A DNA stretch of 64,000 bases, from positions 31,691 through 95,690 of the forward strand of contig CAVPDG010000022.1 of NCBI GenBank assembly GCA_963702535.1. Direction: 5' to 3'. The translations under genes were made by a program, and so were the position numbers. Of the stretch, positions 20,006 through 29,779 are shown one piece after another; within the stretch, counting starts at the first letter, position 1, and every line of letters begins with the position of its first letter. This DNA is from an uncultured Chloroflexia bacterium (lineage in GTDB: Bacteria; Chloroflexota; Anaerolineae; Anaerolineales; UBA4823). The notes under the pieces were generated by a model, which had not been told where the DNA came from, made no database searches, and saw nothing but the letters and a program-made list of their open reading frames with translations.

Positions 20006-21040
20006 TTATATGGGATGCAGCCCCGAAAAATCCATGCCGAGTGTTTCCTCCCAGCCGAACATCAGGTTCATGCTCTGCACTGCCGAGCCCGCCGCGCCTT
20101 TCATCAAGTTATCGATGGCGCACATCGCAACGACATGCCCGCTGGCGGCATCCAGCTCGAATCCCAGGTCGGCGTAATTGGAGCCTGCCAGGATTTTCGG
20201 CTCAGGCGCCCGGTAAACGCCGCGCTGCTCTTTCACCACGCGGATGAAAGGGTTCTCGGCAGCCAGTTGGCGGTACGCTTTCCACAGATCCTTATTGCCA
20301 ATCCCTGGCTTCACCTGGGCATGAGCCGTCGCCAGCACGCCGCGCACCAGGTCCACCGAGGTGATCGTCAGGATTACATTCTCCAACTGGAGCTCCTGGA
20401 TGACTTCGCCAGTGTGCCGGTGCCCGGTTGGGGAGAAGGTGCGGATCACCCCGCTGCGTTCGGGGTGATGCGAGCCGGGATTGCCCTCTGCCCCGCCCTC
20501 CGAGGAACCCACCTTTATCTCGACGATCACCTGTTGCTGCCGGTCGATCAGGTCATACTTCACCAGCGGCAGCAGAGCCAGGATGCTCGCCGTGGCATTG
20601 CACCCCACCCCGCTGATGTAATTCGCCTGGTACATCTCGCTGCGGTGCAATTCCGGGAGTCCGTAAATAAAACGAGTAAGCCACTTGTGTGAAGCGTGCG
20701 CTTTCCCGTACCAGCGTTCGTAGTCTGCGGCGCTTCGCAGACGGAAATCGGCAGAAAGGTCAATGACGCGCGGGGCGAGTGCGACATACTGCTCGATCTT
20801 GCGCTGCGCCTCGCCGTGCGGCAGCGCCAACAACAGCAAATCACACGGCTGGACCATCTCCGGGCTACTGAACTGCAAAGCCGTTCGCTTGCGCAGATTG
20901 GGATGGACCTGATATACATACTCGCCAAGGTGGCTGCGCGAGCTCACTTGCGCCACGTCAACTTCAGGATGGGCGTCCAGCAGGCGGAGTAACTCGCCTC
21001 CTGTATAGCCGGATCCGCCAAGGATGCTTGCCTCGATCAT
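20006..21040 (-). CDS. lysY: [LysW]-phosphate reductase (ArgC-like)
   Basis: GGSGYTGGE, DLSADFR, GCNATA, SHHPER, DNLMKGAAG. Confidence 0.92.
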   Translation of the reverse strand: MIEASILGGSGYTGGELLRLLDAHPEVDVAQVSSRSHLGEYVYQVHPNLRKRTALQFSSPEMVQPCDLLLLALPHGEAQRKIEQYVALAPRVIDLSADFRLRSAADYERWYGKAHASHKWLTRFIYGLPELHRSEMYQANYISGVGCNATASILALLPLVKYDLIDRQQQVIVEIKVGSSEGGAEGNPGSHHPERSGVIRTFSPTGHRHTGEVIQELQLENVILTITSVDLVRGVLATAHAQVKPGIGNKDLWKAYRQLAAENPFIRVVKEQRGVYRAPEPKILAGSNYADLGFELDAASGHVVAMCAIDNLMKGAAGSAVQSMNLMFGWEETLGMDFSGLHPI

Positions 21041-21148
21041 ACGAGCCTCCTGCAAAGATGATTACGCCTGCAACCCTGCACCATTCGAGCGACAAGATAC
21101 ACCATTCTAATCCAAATTCCCCTTTTACATGATGATACAATTGCCGCC

Positions 21149-22405
21149 ATGTCCTATACCACGCTCAAGCGCCTCCTTCTCCTCTTTGTAGGATTGATGC
21201 TGGTCGCAGCTATGCTCTTCCTTCTGCCATCCGTACGGGACCGCTTTGCCTGGCGAATGGAGATTGCCCGGGTTTACCTGCGCGGCGTGATCAACCCGGT
21301 TGGGAAAATGCCAACGGCTGATCCCTCCCGCGCACCGATCGAGACACCCGTTCCGAGCCTCACCCCCACGCCAACCGCGCCGGCGCCCGCCCCCACCGAC
21401 CAGCCCCCCACTCCCACCGCCCTCCCCTCGCCCACACCCACGGCGATTCCGCAGGCTGTCTCCCTGCCGCCTCCCGCCTGGGAGAAGCAGGATATGAACA
21501 ACTGCGGACCGACCAGCCTGGCGTTGTACCTGCGTTACTATGGCTGGGAAGGCGACCAGTTCACAATCTCCGACCTGATCAAGCCGGAGCGCACCGATCG
21601 CAATGTCAATGTGGATGAGCTGGCATACTACGTGCGCAACCACGCCGGCTGGCTGAATGTCGAGTTCCGCGTCGCAGGCGACCTGGATACGCTAAAAAAG
21701 CTGATCGCCGCCGGAATCCCCGTCATCGTCGAGGAAAGCTTCTACTTTGACACCCCCTACTGGCCCAATGACGACCTGTGGGCGGCGCACTACAACCTGG
21801 TTACCGGCTACGATGACGTCTCTCAGACGGTCACCACCCAGGATAGCTTCCACGGCGCAGACCAGCAGATCCCTTACCAGACTCTGCTGGATTACTGGCG
21901 CTCTTTCAACTACGTTTATCTGCTCGTTTACCCGCCTGAAAAAGAAGCCACAGTCAAGGAGATCCTGGGGGCAAACTGGGACGTGGATACCAACCGCCAG
22001 CTCGCCCTGGAGCGCGCTCAGGCTGAGACGCTATCCAACCCGCAAAACGCCTTCACCTGGTTCAACCTGGGCAGCAACCTGGTCTATTTTGAGCGTTACA
22101 TCGAAGCCGCCGATGCCTTCGATAAAGCCCGTGAGATCGGCCTCCCGCAGCGCATGCTGCGCTACCAGTTCAGCCCCTTCTTCGCCTATTTCCACACCGG
22201 GCAGATCGACGACCTGCTCGCCCTGACGGATTACGCCTTGCGCATCACCAACAATGCCGAAGAGGCGTTTCTCTGGCACGGCTGGGCGCTATACCGCAAT
22301 GGCGACTCTGCCAGCGCTATCGCTGATTTCCAGAAAGCCCTCGTCGAGAATCCCAATTACCAGGACGCCCAGTACGCCCTGAACTTTGTGCAAGCTAATC
22401 CTTGA
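21149..22405 (+). CDS. Membrane-anchored C39-like peptidase with TPR repeats
   Basis: QDMNNCGPTS (catalytic Cys), HYNLVTGYD, QDS; C-terminal TPRs. Confidence 0.8.
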   Translation: MSYTTLKRLLLLFVGLMLVAAMLFLLPSVRDRFAWRMEIARVYLRGVINPVGKMPTADPSRAPIETPVPSLTPTPTAPAPAPTDQPPTPTALPSPTPTAIPQAVSLPPPAWEKQDMNNCGPTSLALYLRYYGWEGDQFTISDLIKPERTDRNVNVDELAYYVRNHAGWLNVEFRVAGDLDTLKKLIAAGIPVIVEESFYFDTPYWPNDDLWAAHYNLVTGYDDVSQTVTTQDSFHGADQQIPYQTLLDYWRSFNYVYLLVYPPEKEATVKEILGANWDVDTNRQLALERAQAETLSNPQNAFTWFNLGSNLVYFERYIEAADAFDKAREIGLPQRMLRYQFSPFFAYFHTGQIDDLLALTDYALRITNNAEEAFLWHGWALYRNGDSASAIADFQKALVENPNYQDAQYALNFVQANP

Positions 22406-22410
22406 AAAAG

Positions 22411-23812
22411 TTACCCGCTTGAACTGGCCGCGCTTGCCGGCAGGGATTCTCCCGCTTCTGGCTTGATGCGCAGCAATGCCAGCGCCCACAGGGCTGCCAT
22501 CAGCAGTCCGGCTAACAAGAAAGGTGCCCGCGCCCCAAACGCCTGGAAAATCAATCCGCCAATCAGAGGCGCGATGGCATTCGCCCCGCTAAGAAAGGCG
22601 GCTGAGATACCCAGCATCCCGCCTACCTCAGCCTTGATCACTTTCTTGGTGATCATGCTGTTAATGCTGGGCTGCAGCACGCCGCCCCCCACAGCTATCG
22701 GCACCATCGCCGCAAGGATCCAGAGCAACCCCAGCCAGCCGTTGTTATTGTCGGGCGGCAACTCCACTGCCAGGTTCTGCGTGGTGGGGTTCTCGTGGGC
22801 GCGGAAGCTTCCGCTGGAGCTCAGCTCAGCCTGCAGCTTCGCTTGCGAATAGCCGGGCAGCGGCTGGCGCGGTGTGAGCGCCGTCAGAATCAGCCCAACT
22901 GCCAGCAGCCCCAATCCCATGCTGATCAGGCGCCGCTCGCCCAGCTTTCAACTCCAGGGACCGATGAATCCCCCCTGCACTGCCACCACGATCACGCCCA
23001 CAAACACAAAGATGATCGAATTCCCTGAGGCATTCAACCCCATGCGCGCCAGAGTGAACAAGGATAAAAGCTGTTCGAAATCCGCCAAAGGCAATCTGTT
23101 GAAAAAATATCAGCATCAGCAAGAAGCCGATCGTTGGGCGTTTCAGGGCTTCCACCATCGCCCCGAACGAAAAAGCAGATTTTTGCTGGCTGGTTCCCCG
23201 GCGTTCTTCCGGCAGGGTCTCCTCGAACCAGAACCAGGTCAGCAGGATCGAAATGAGCGAGAACACCGCCGCCACAAAAGCCGGGACATGGTAATTGTTC
23301 TGGCTGACCATGAGCGAGAGGAATGCAATAATTGGACCGATGACAAATCCCACCCCAAACGCTGCGCCCAGCAAGCCCAATCCCTGCGTGCGATTCTTCT
23401 CATTCGTGCTATCGGCAATCGCCGCCTGGGCGGTGGAGATATTGGCGCCGGAAATGCCGTCGATCACGCGCGAGAGGAACAGCATCCACAGCGAGCTGGC
23501 GAACCCCAGCACCAGGAAACCCACCAGCGTGCCGACCTGGCTGATCATGAGCACAGGCTTGCGCCCGTAGCGGTCGGACAGGCGCCCCAAAATCGGCGCG
23601 CCGATGAACTGCATCATCGGGTACACCGCGCCCAACAAGCCGATCGTGAAGGCGTTCGCCCCAAAAGACACCGCGTACAGCGGCATCAATGGGATGATGA
23701 TCGTCATGCCGAGCAGATCGATCAGCACGATCACGAAAACGGGCAGTAGCTTCTTAAAATCAAGTTTGTCTTCTGGAGCAATCTCCGGCTTTGGTGTATT
23801 CTGCTTTGCCAT
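22411..23812 (-). CDS. MFS transporter (TetA/DHA1-like); frameshift near 23080
   Basis: GRLSDRYGRKP, RVIDGISG, GFVIGP; C-terminal half in a shifted frame (ORF 22411..22920). Confidence 0.85.
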
Positions 23813-23843
23813 ACCTTTTCCTTCTGTTGTTTTGATCTTGCGC

Positions 23844-24752
23844 CTATTGGGCGTGCTCGCCCCGGCGCACCCCGCCCAGCACCTGCCGGGCGCGTTCCAC
23901 CCCGGCTGCCAGCGAGCGCTGCACTGCCGCCTGGGAGAAATCCAGCGTATCACCCAGCGATGCCTGCGGCTCGATGATCTTACAGTCGTAATACTTCAGC
24001 GCTCGCCCGCTCGTCGGGTGGAACAGCGTATGTCCCAGCGCCTCCGCTTGCTTCACCAGGGCATTGATGCGCACGAACTCGCTCATATCGCTACGGAACA
24101 GCTCGTTTAATAATAGGTCCAGCGTGCGCTCGCCGATCTTGAGGATGTTCCCCGGCGGCTCAGGCAGCGCCTCCGTCGTCTCCGGGCTGCAGTTGATGAT
24201 CACCACCTCATCCGGGTCGGCATCCAAGATATCCCCGATCGGGCTGATGTTGCGCACGCCGCCGTCCACCATGCTGCGATATTGCGCCGAGATATCCACC
24301 GGCGTCCAAATGATCGGCATCACCGTCGAAGCCAGCACCGCCTGCCTCAGGTTGGGATCATCACCCCTGAACTCAACGTACTCCCCGCTCACCAGCGAGA
24401 CTGCCCCCACGCGCAGATCGGCGGCAATTTTATCCGGCTCCCATTCATTCAGCAGCAGCCGGCGCAGCGGCTCGTTGCCGTAGAAGGATTTGGCGCCGAA
24501 AAGCAGCTTGATGGTCGAGAGCAGGTTGAACCCTCCCGTATAGACCTGATCGCTGGAGATGGTGCTCCACACCTCGTACAAGCGCTGGTATTTCTCCATC
24601 GCCAGCATCGCCGCGTTGAGCGCCCCCACCGACACCCCGGCGATGATATCCCAATGGTAGCCTTTCACCTCACGGGCGTACTTCTCCGCGCCGCACTGGA
24701 AGGCGCCCTTCGCCCCGCCGCCGCTGAGTACAAGTGCTGTCTTTTTCACCAT
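23844..24752 (-). CDS. Patatin-like phospholipase
   Basis: LSGGGAKG, GVSVG nucleophile elbow, DGG. Confidence 0.9.
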   Translation of the reverse strand: MVKKTALVLSGGGAKGAFQCGAEKYAREVKGYHWDIIAGVSVGALNAAMLAMEKYQRLYEVWSTISSDQVYTGGFNLLSTIKLLFGAKSFYGNEPLRRLLLNEWEPDKIAADLRVGAVSLVSGEYVEFRGDDPNLRQAVLASTVMPIIWTPVDISAQYRSMVDGGVRNISPIGDILDADPDEVVIINCSPETTEALPEPPGNILKIGERTLDLLLNELFRSDMSEFVRINALVKQAEALGHTLFHPTSGRALKYYDCKIIEPQASLGDTLDFSQAAVQRSLAAGVERARQVLGGVRRGEHAQ

Positions 24753-24894
24753 CGCGCCGCCTCCTTGTTCCGATCCCAATCAGGGACGAACCGCCGCCCG
24801 CCCCGAAGCAAGACCACTTGATATGACCAACCAGGAGAGAGCAATTTATGTGCCAAAAGATCACCGGGGCGCCGTGCTTCTGGCAAGCAACAGC

Positions 24895-25452
24895 TTACTT
24901 CTTGGGGGTGTAAACCTCCGGCTTCAACTCAGCCACGTAGGGCAGGGTGCGGTAGCGGTCGGCGTAATCCAGGCCGTAACCCACCACCCATACATCCGGG
25001 ATGGTGAAGCCCAGGTAGTCGATGGTCACTTCAAGGCTCTCGCGCTTCTTCTCCACCAGCGCGCAGGTATGGATCGATGCCGGGTTTCGCCCGCGCAGGA
25101 TCTGGTGCAGGTAGTGCAGTGTATGCCCCAAATCCACGATGTCTTCCACCACCAACACGTGCTGCCCCTCGATCGGCTCGCGCAGATCCATCAGGATGCG
25201 CACCGCCCCCGAGCTGGTCGACTTGCCATAGCTCGAGAGCGCCATGAAGTCTACGATATGCGGCACGCTCAGGCAGCGCGTCAGGTCCGCCAGGAAGATG
25301 AACGCCCCCTTGAGGATACCGATGATGTACAGCCGCTCCGCCTGGCTGAAATCTCGCGAGATTTCAGCCGCCATCTCCTCCACGCGCTTTTGGATTTGCT
25401 CCTGGCTGATCAGCACCCGCGCCAGGTCTGGATGAATCTTGTTCATAGCCAT
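24895..25452 (-). CDS. hpt: Hypoxanthine phosphoribosyltransferase
   Basis: ILKGAFIF, VLVVEDIVDLG, VVGYGLDY..YRTLPY. Confidence 0.93.
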   Translation of the reverse strand: MAMNKIHPDLARVLISQEQIQKRVEEMAAEISRDFSQAERLYIIGILKGAFIFLADLTRCLSVPHIVDFMALSSYGKSTSSGAVRILMDLREPIEGQHVLVVEDIVDLGHTLHYLHQILRGRNPASIHTCALVEKKRESLEVTIDYLGFTIPDVWVVGYGLDYADRYRTLPYVAELKPEVYTPKK

Positions 25453-25594
25453 ACCCTCCCGCAATCAATACCGGGGCGTAAATCCCGGCTCTTTCCGTTC
25501 CAACAAGGCAAACTCTGATTATATCAAAATCCATTAATCTTTCGATTGACAGGCGCGCCGAATCCTGATATTAAAAGAGGGCTAGACAACTTTT

Positions 25595-25709
25595 TATTCC
25601 AATGGCGCCGCTCCTGGTCACCAACAGGGGGGAGAGTAAGTATGCTGGCAGCTTCTGTATGGCTTTGCAGCTCTCATGGCTCCGCTCAATTTGTGCGTGA
25701 GCCGGAATA
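25595..25709 (+). ncRNA. Candidate structured 5' leader RNA (multibranch), family not recognised
   Basis: Nested helices TATTCC/GGAATA, CTCCTG/CAGGGG, GAGAG/CTCTC and GGCTC/GAGCC, between a TTGACA (25546) and the plsY-like start. Confidence 0.3.
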
Positions 25710-25751
25710 GTTTTTCGCCAAACGTTTCGGCGTGACACTGTGGAGATAACG

Positions 25752-26456
25752 ATGCAACCCACAATCGCAGTTCTGGCGTTGGTCGCAGGCTACCTGCTCG
25801 GCTCGATCTCCTTCACGCGCCTGGTCACCCGCATCAAAGACCCTGGCGCTGAGCTTGAGACCATCGAGCTGCCGGTCGAAGGCACAGACGAGACCTTCAA
25901 GGTGACCTCGATGGGCGCTTCCACTGCATCCATGAAGCTTGGTCCCAAAGTCGGCTGCGCTATCGGCATGCTTGATATCCTCAAAGTCACCGTTCCCACC
26001 CTGGTTTTCCGCTTCCTTTACCCCGGGGAGACTTATTTCCTCATCACCGCCGCTGCCGGCATGGCGGGTCACAACTGGCCCATCTTCAACCGTTTCAAAG
26101 GCGGGCGTGGCATCTCCGCCTTCTACGGCGGTTTCATCGCCATCGACTGGATCGGCGCCATCCTGTGCGCCCTCAGCGGTATGGCATTGGGTCTCTTCGT
26201 CTTCAAGGACTTTGTGCTAGCCTACATGGCGGGCGTCTTGCTCGCTATTCCCTGGTTCTGGTTTACCACGCATGACCCCGCTTACCTGCTCTACGCCGTG
26301 GTCACCGCGATTTTCTTCGTGCTGGCGATGGTCCCCGATCTGCGCCAGTACCTCAAGCTGCGCAAGACCGGCAAAGTCGATATGCGCGCCGCTATGGACA
26401 CATCTCCCATGGGGCGGGGCATGATGAAGATGATGGATCGTTTTCAAAAAAAGTGA
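25752..26456 (+). CDS. Divergent PlsY-family (glycerol-3-phosphate acyltransferase-like) membrane protein
   Basis: GYLLGSI, DILK, GHNWPIF..FKGGRG; motifs 1 and 3 are degenerate. Confidence 0.8.
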   Translation: MQPTIAVLALVAGYLLGSISFTRLVTRIKDPGAELETIELPVEGTDETFKVTSMGASTASMKLGPKVGCAIGMLDILKVTVPTLVFRFLYPGETYFLITAAAGMAGHNWPIFNRFKGGRGISAFYGGFIAIDWIGAILCALSGMALGLFVFKDFVLAYMAGVLLAIPWFWFTTHDPAYLLYAVVTAIFFVLAMVPDLRQYLKLRKTGKVDMRAAMDTSPMGRGMMKMMDRFQKK

Positions 26457-26536
26457 CCGGGAATCCTTCCGGTAGTCGTGTTATTTTTTTGTTATGGGTT
26501 TGTCAGGCACGCACGCGTTCAGGGGAGTTTTTTGTG

Positions 26537-28966
26537 ATGGATATTTTGGATGGTACGGCTTCAAGCGCAAATAGTGCATCATCTGCAAAAGGGTCAAATA
26601 GTGCTTCTCCCGCCAGCGGTTCCAGGTATATCGTCCATTTAACCAGCCACAAGCTGCCTGCCTCGATCGGCAATAAAGCCTGGAACCTCCAGGTGCTGCG
26701 TGACCAGCGCCTGCCGGTTCCAGATACCTTCGTCTGCACCTGGGACGCATTTCTCACCTACCAGCAGCAGGGCGCGGCTGTCCTGCCTCGGCTGAGGGAA
26801 GAGCTAGAAAAGATCATCAAGCCGGGAAAATTATACGCGGTGCGCTCCTCCGCCAACGTTGAGGATAGCCTTGCCCACTCCTTTGCCGGTCAATTCGAGA
26901 CCGTCCTGGATCTCGCCGGCGTCGATCAGATCCTCCAGGCGGTCTTCGCCACCTGGGAATCCACCCACTCCCCAGGCGTGCTAAGCTACCTGCAAAAGAT
27001 CTCGCCGGGCAGCGAGCCGCTCAAGATGGCGGTCATCATCCAGGATATGGTCAATCCTGTCCTTGCCGGGGTCGCCTTCTCCAAGAATCCCATCACCGGT
27101 CTGGATGAGATCGTCGTCGAGGCGGTGCAGGGCAGCGGTACAGCCCTCGTCCAGGGCGGCGTCACCCCTTACCGCTGGGTGAGCAAGTGGGGCAGGTGGG
27201 TCTCTCGCCCGGATGATCCCGCTCTACCGCTCAGCGTCATCCAGGATGTCGTCGATCAGACCCGCAAAATTTCCCGCCAATTGGGCAAAGATGTCGACTT
27301 GGAATGGGTTTACGATGGCTCAGCCCTCTACTGGCTGCAATTGCGCGATATCACTGCCCTGGGCAATACCAACATCTACTCCAATCGCATCGCCAAAGAG
27401 ATGACCCCCGGCATGATCAAGCCCCTCGTCTGGTCGGTCAAGGTTCCCATCCCCGCCAGTGTTTGGGTCGGCTTCTTCAAGGAGCTGCTCGGCAAGATCG
27501 ATGTCGATCCGAACGACCTGACGCGCGCCTTCTACTACCGCGCCTACTTCAACATGGGCGTCTTCGGGCGCATCTTCGACAGCATGGGCATGCCGCGTGA
27601 ATCGCTGGAGATCATGATGGGCGTTTCCCCGCCCAGCGCAGACAAGCCGAAATCAATGCCGCGCATGAACATGAAGATGGTCCGCCGCCTACCGCACATG
27701 CTTGCTTTTGCCTGGGATAAGTGGACCTATGCCCGCCAGGCTGAGGCGGTTTACAGCCAGATCAAAGCCGATGCCGCAAAGTACCCCATCGCGCCTTCCC
27801 CCAGCCTGAGCGAGGCGCAGTTATTGGCGGTAATCGATGAGCTCATCCTCCTCAACCGGCGCTCCACCTATGAGACCACCGTCACCATCCTGCTCATGCA
27901 GTTCTATAACCGCCTGTTGAAGTCCCGCCTTGAGCGCCTCGGTATCGATTTCCAGCGCTTCGCCCTTACCGATGATATGCCCACCCTTGCGCAGCACGAC
28001 CCGCACACCAACCTGCAGGCGCTCCACAACCAGTTCTGCCAGCTCGCCCCGCAACAGCAGGAGGCAGTCCGCCGCAGCGACTACGCCGCGTTCCAGGTAT
28101 TACCCGGCATGCAGCCCTTCCAGGCGGCTGTCGCCCAATTCCTGGCGCAGTTCGGTCACCTCAGCGATATCGGCACCGATTTCAGCTTTGCCCCCTGGCG
28201 CGAGACGCCCGACCTCATCTTGAAGATCATCACCGATTACCCTCACGCCAGCGCCGCTAGCGGGGAGCCCCGCTTGCGCTTTGAAGATTTGCCGGTCAAA
28301 GGGCTCCAGAAGCGCATCCTTGCCCATCTCTACCACAAAGCCCGCCAGTTCAGGCTCTACCGCGAGATGCACAGCTCGCTGTTCACGTATACTCTCATGC
28401 TCTTCCGCGGCCACTACCTTGCCCTTGGCGACCACCTCGTGCGGCGCGGCGCCCTCGCCTCCCGCCAGGATATCTTCTACCTCTACGATGGCGAGGTCCG
28501 CTCGCTGGTCGCCGGGCAGGTATCCGGCGAGGACTTCCCCGCCCAGGTACTTCAACGCCAGGCGGAGATGGAAGCCTGTCGCGACGTGCTCCTCCCCGAG
28601 GTGATCTACGGCGATACGCCCCCACCTATCATCGCCCCTGGGGACGAAAAGCTCACCGGCACACCCACTTCCCGCGGCTACTACACCGGCAAGGTCAAGA
28701 TCGTGCGCAGCATCAGCGACTTCCCCAAGCTCGCCGCCGGCGATGTCCTCGTCATCCCCTACTCTGATGTCGGCTGGACCCCCCTCTTCGCCCGCGCCGG
28801 CGCAGTCATCGCCGAATTGGGCGGCATTCTTTCCCATAGCTCGATCATCGCCCGGGAGTACAATATCCCTGCCGTGGTCTCCGTCGCCGGAGCCATGCAG
28901 CTCAGCGACAACACCACGGTCACCATCGACGGTTACAAAGGCGAAATCACGGTTCACATGGCGTGA
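26537..28966 (+). CDS. PEP/pyruvate-binding ATP-grasp plus phospho-His swivel dikinase (RPH/PigC-like architecture)
   Basis: GNKA, AVRSSANVED..SFAGQFET, DLEW..LQLRDIT, long central helical region, GGILSHSSIIAREYNIPAV. Confidence 0.88.
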   Translation: MDILDGTASSANSASSAKGSNSASPASGSRYIVHLTSHKLPASIGNKAWNLQVLRDQRLPVPDTFVCTWDAFLTYQQQGAAVLPRLREELEKIIKPGKLYAVRSSANVEDSLAHSFAGQFETVLDLAGVDQILQAVFATWESTHSPGVLSYLQKISPGSEPLKMAVIIQDMVNPVLAGVAFSKNPITGLDEIVVEAVQGSGTALVQGGVTPYRWVSKWGRWVSRPDDPALPLSVIQDVVDQTRKISRQLGKDVDLEWVYDGSALYWLQLRDITALGNTNIYSNRIAKEMTPGMIKPLVWSVKVPIPASVWVGFFKELLGKIDVDPNDLTRAFYYRAYFNMGVFGRIFDSMGMPRESLEIMMGVSPPSADKPKSMPRMNMKMVRRLPHMLAFAWDKWTYARQAEAVYSQIKADAAKYPIAPSPSLSEAQLLAVIDELILLNRRSTYETTVTILLMQFYNRLLKSRLERLGIDFQRFALTDDMPTLAQHDPHTNLQALHNQFCQLAPQQQEAVRRSDYAAFQVLPGMQPFQAAVAQFLAQFGHLSDIGTDFSFAPWRETPDLILKIITDYPHASAASGEPRLRFEDLPVKGLQKRILAHLYHKARQFRLYREMHSSLFTYTLMLFRGHYLALGDHLVRRGALASRQDIFYLYDGEVRSLVAGQVSGEDFPAQVLQRQAEMEACRDVLLPEVIYGDTPPPIIAPGDEKLTGTPTSRGYYTGKVKIVRSISDFPKLAAGDVLVIPYSDVGWTPLFARAGAVIAELGGILSHSSIIAREYNIPAVVSVAGAMQLSDNTTVTIDGYKGEITVHMA

Positions 28967-28990
28967 GCCATCCAGTTCTCGGAGGCTTTT

Positions 28991-29740
28991 ATGCACGTAC
29001 TTGAAGCAAAAGCGGTGCGCAAGCAGTACAAGATGGGCAATCACAGCGTCGACGCCCTGGCTGGCGTCGACTTCCTAGTGGAGCAGGGTGAGTTCGTCGC
29101 CATCATGGGTCCCTCTGGCAGCGGCAAATCCACCCTTCTGCACCTCATCGGTGGGCTGGATCAGGCCACCGAAGGCGAAGTGACCATTGCCGGGCAGCCC
29201 CTCTCCCTGCTCAAGGATACGCAGATCACCCTGCTGCGCCGGCGGCACGTGGGGTTCGTCTTCCAGTTCTTCAACCTGTTGCCCACCCTCACCGCCGAAG
29301 AAAACATCACCCTGCCGCTGCTCATCGACGGCAAAAACCCGCGCAATTACCAGGAGCGCCTGACGGCCCTGCTCAGCCTGATCGGCCTCACCGACCGCCG
29401 TGGTCACAAGCCGGAACAGCTCTCCGGCGGCGAGCAGCAGCGCGTCGCCCTGGCGCGCGCCCTCATCACCGAGCCGGCTATCATGCTGGCTGACGAGCCC
29501 ACCGGCAACCTGGACTTTAAAACCGGCACCACCATTATGGAGCTCCTGCGCCGCTCCTGCCAGCGAGCTGGGGCAGACCGTCATCGTCGTCACCCACGAC
29601 CCGCGCGCCGCCTCCTACGCCGACCGCGTCGTCTTCTTGCGCGATGGCTTGATCGCCTCCGAGGTGCGCTTCGAGGCGAAGGCAGCCTCCAACAAAACCT
29701 GAAGATCATCATGGAGCAGATGGAGAAGCTCGAGTTCTGA
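28991..29740 (+). CDS. ABC transporter ATP-binding protein (LolD/MacB type); C-terminal frameshifts
   Basis: [25 protein letters not shown]; VVTHD lies in a shifted frame. Confidence 0.88.
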   Translation: MHVLEAKAVRKQYKMGNHSVDALAGVDFLVEQGEFVAIMGPSGSGKSTLLHLIGGLDQATEGEVTIAGQPLSLLKDTQITLLRRRHVGFVFQFFNLLPTLTAEENITLPLLIDGKNPRNYQERLTALLSLIGLTDRRGHKPEQLSGGEQQRVALARALITEPAIMLADEPTGNLDFKTGTTIMELLRRSCQRAGADRHRRHPRPARRLLRRPRRLLARWLDRLRGALRGEGSLQQNLKIIMEQMEKLEF

Positions 29741-29779
29741 TCCCCCTCCTCGCTTCTTTCCTGAAAGAACCCCCTCAGT

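Noticed and set aside
26537-28966. Calling the dikinase ppsA/ppdK or a true rifampin-resistance gene
   Set aside because: It lacks the C-terminal PEP-binding barrel, and shared architecture with RPH does not establish the substrate
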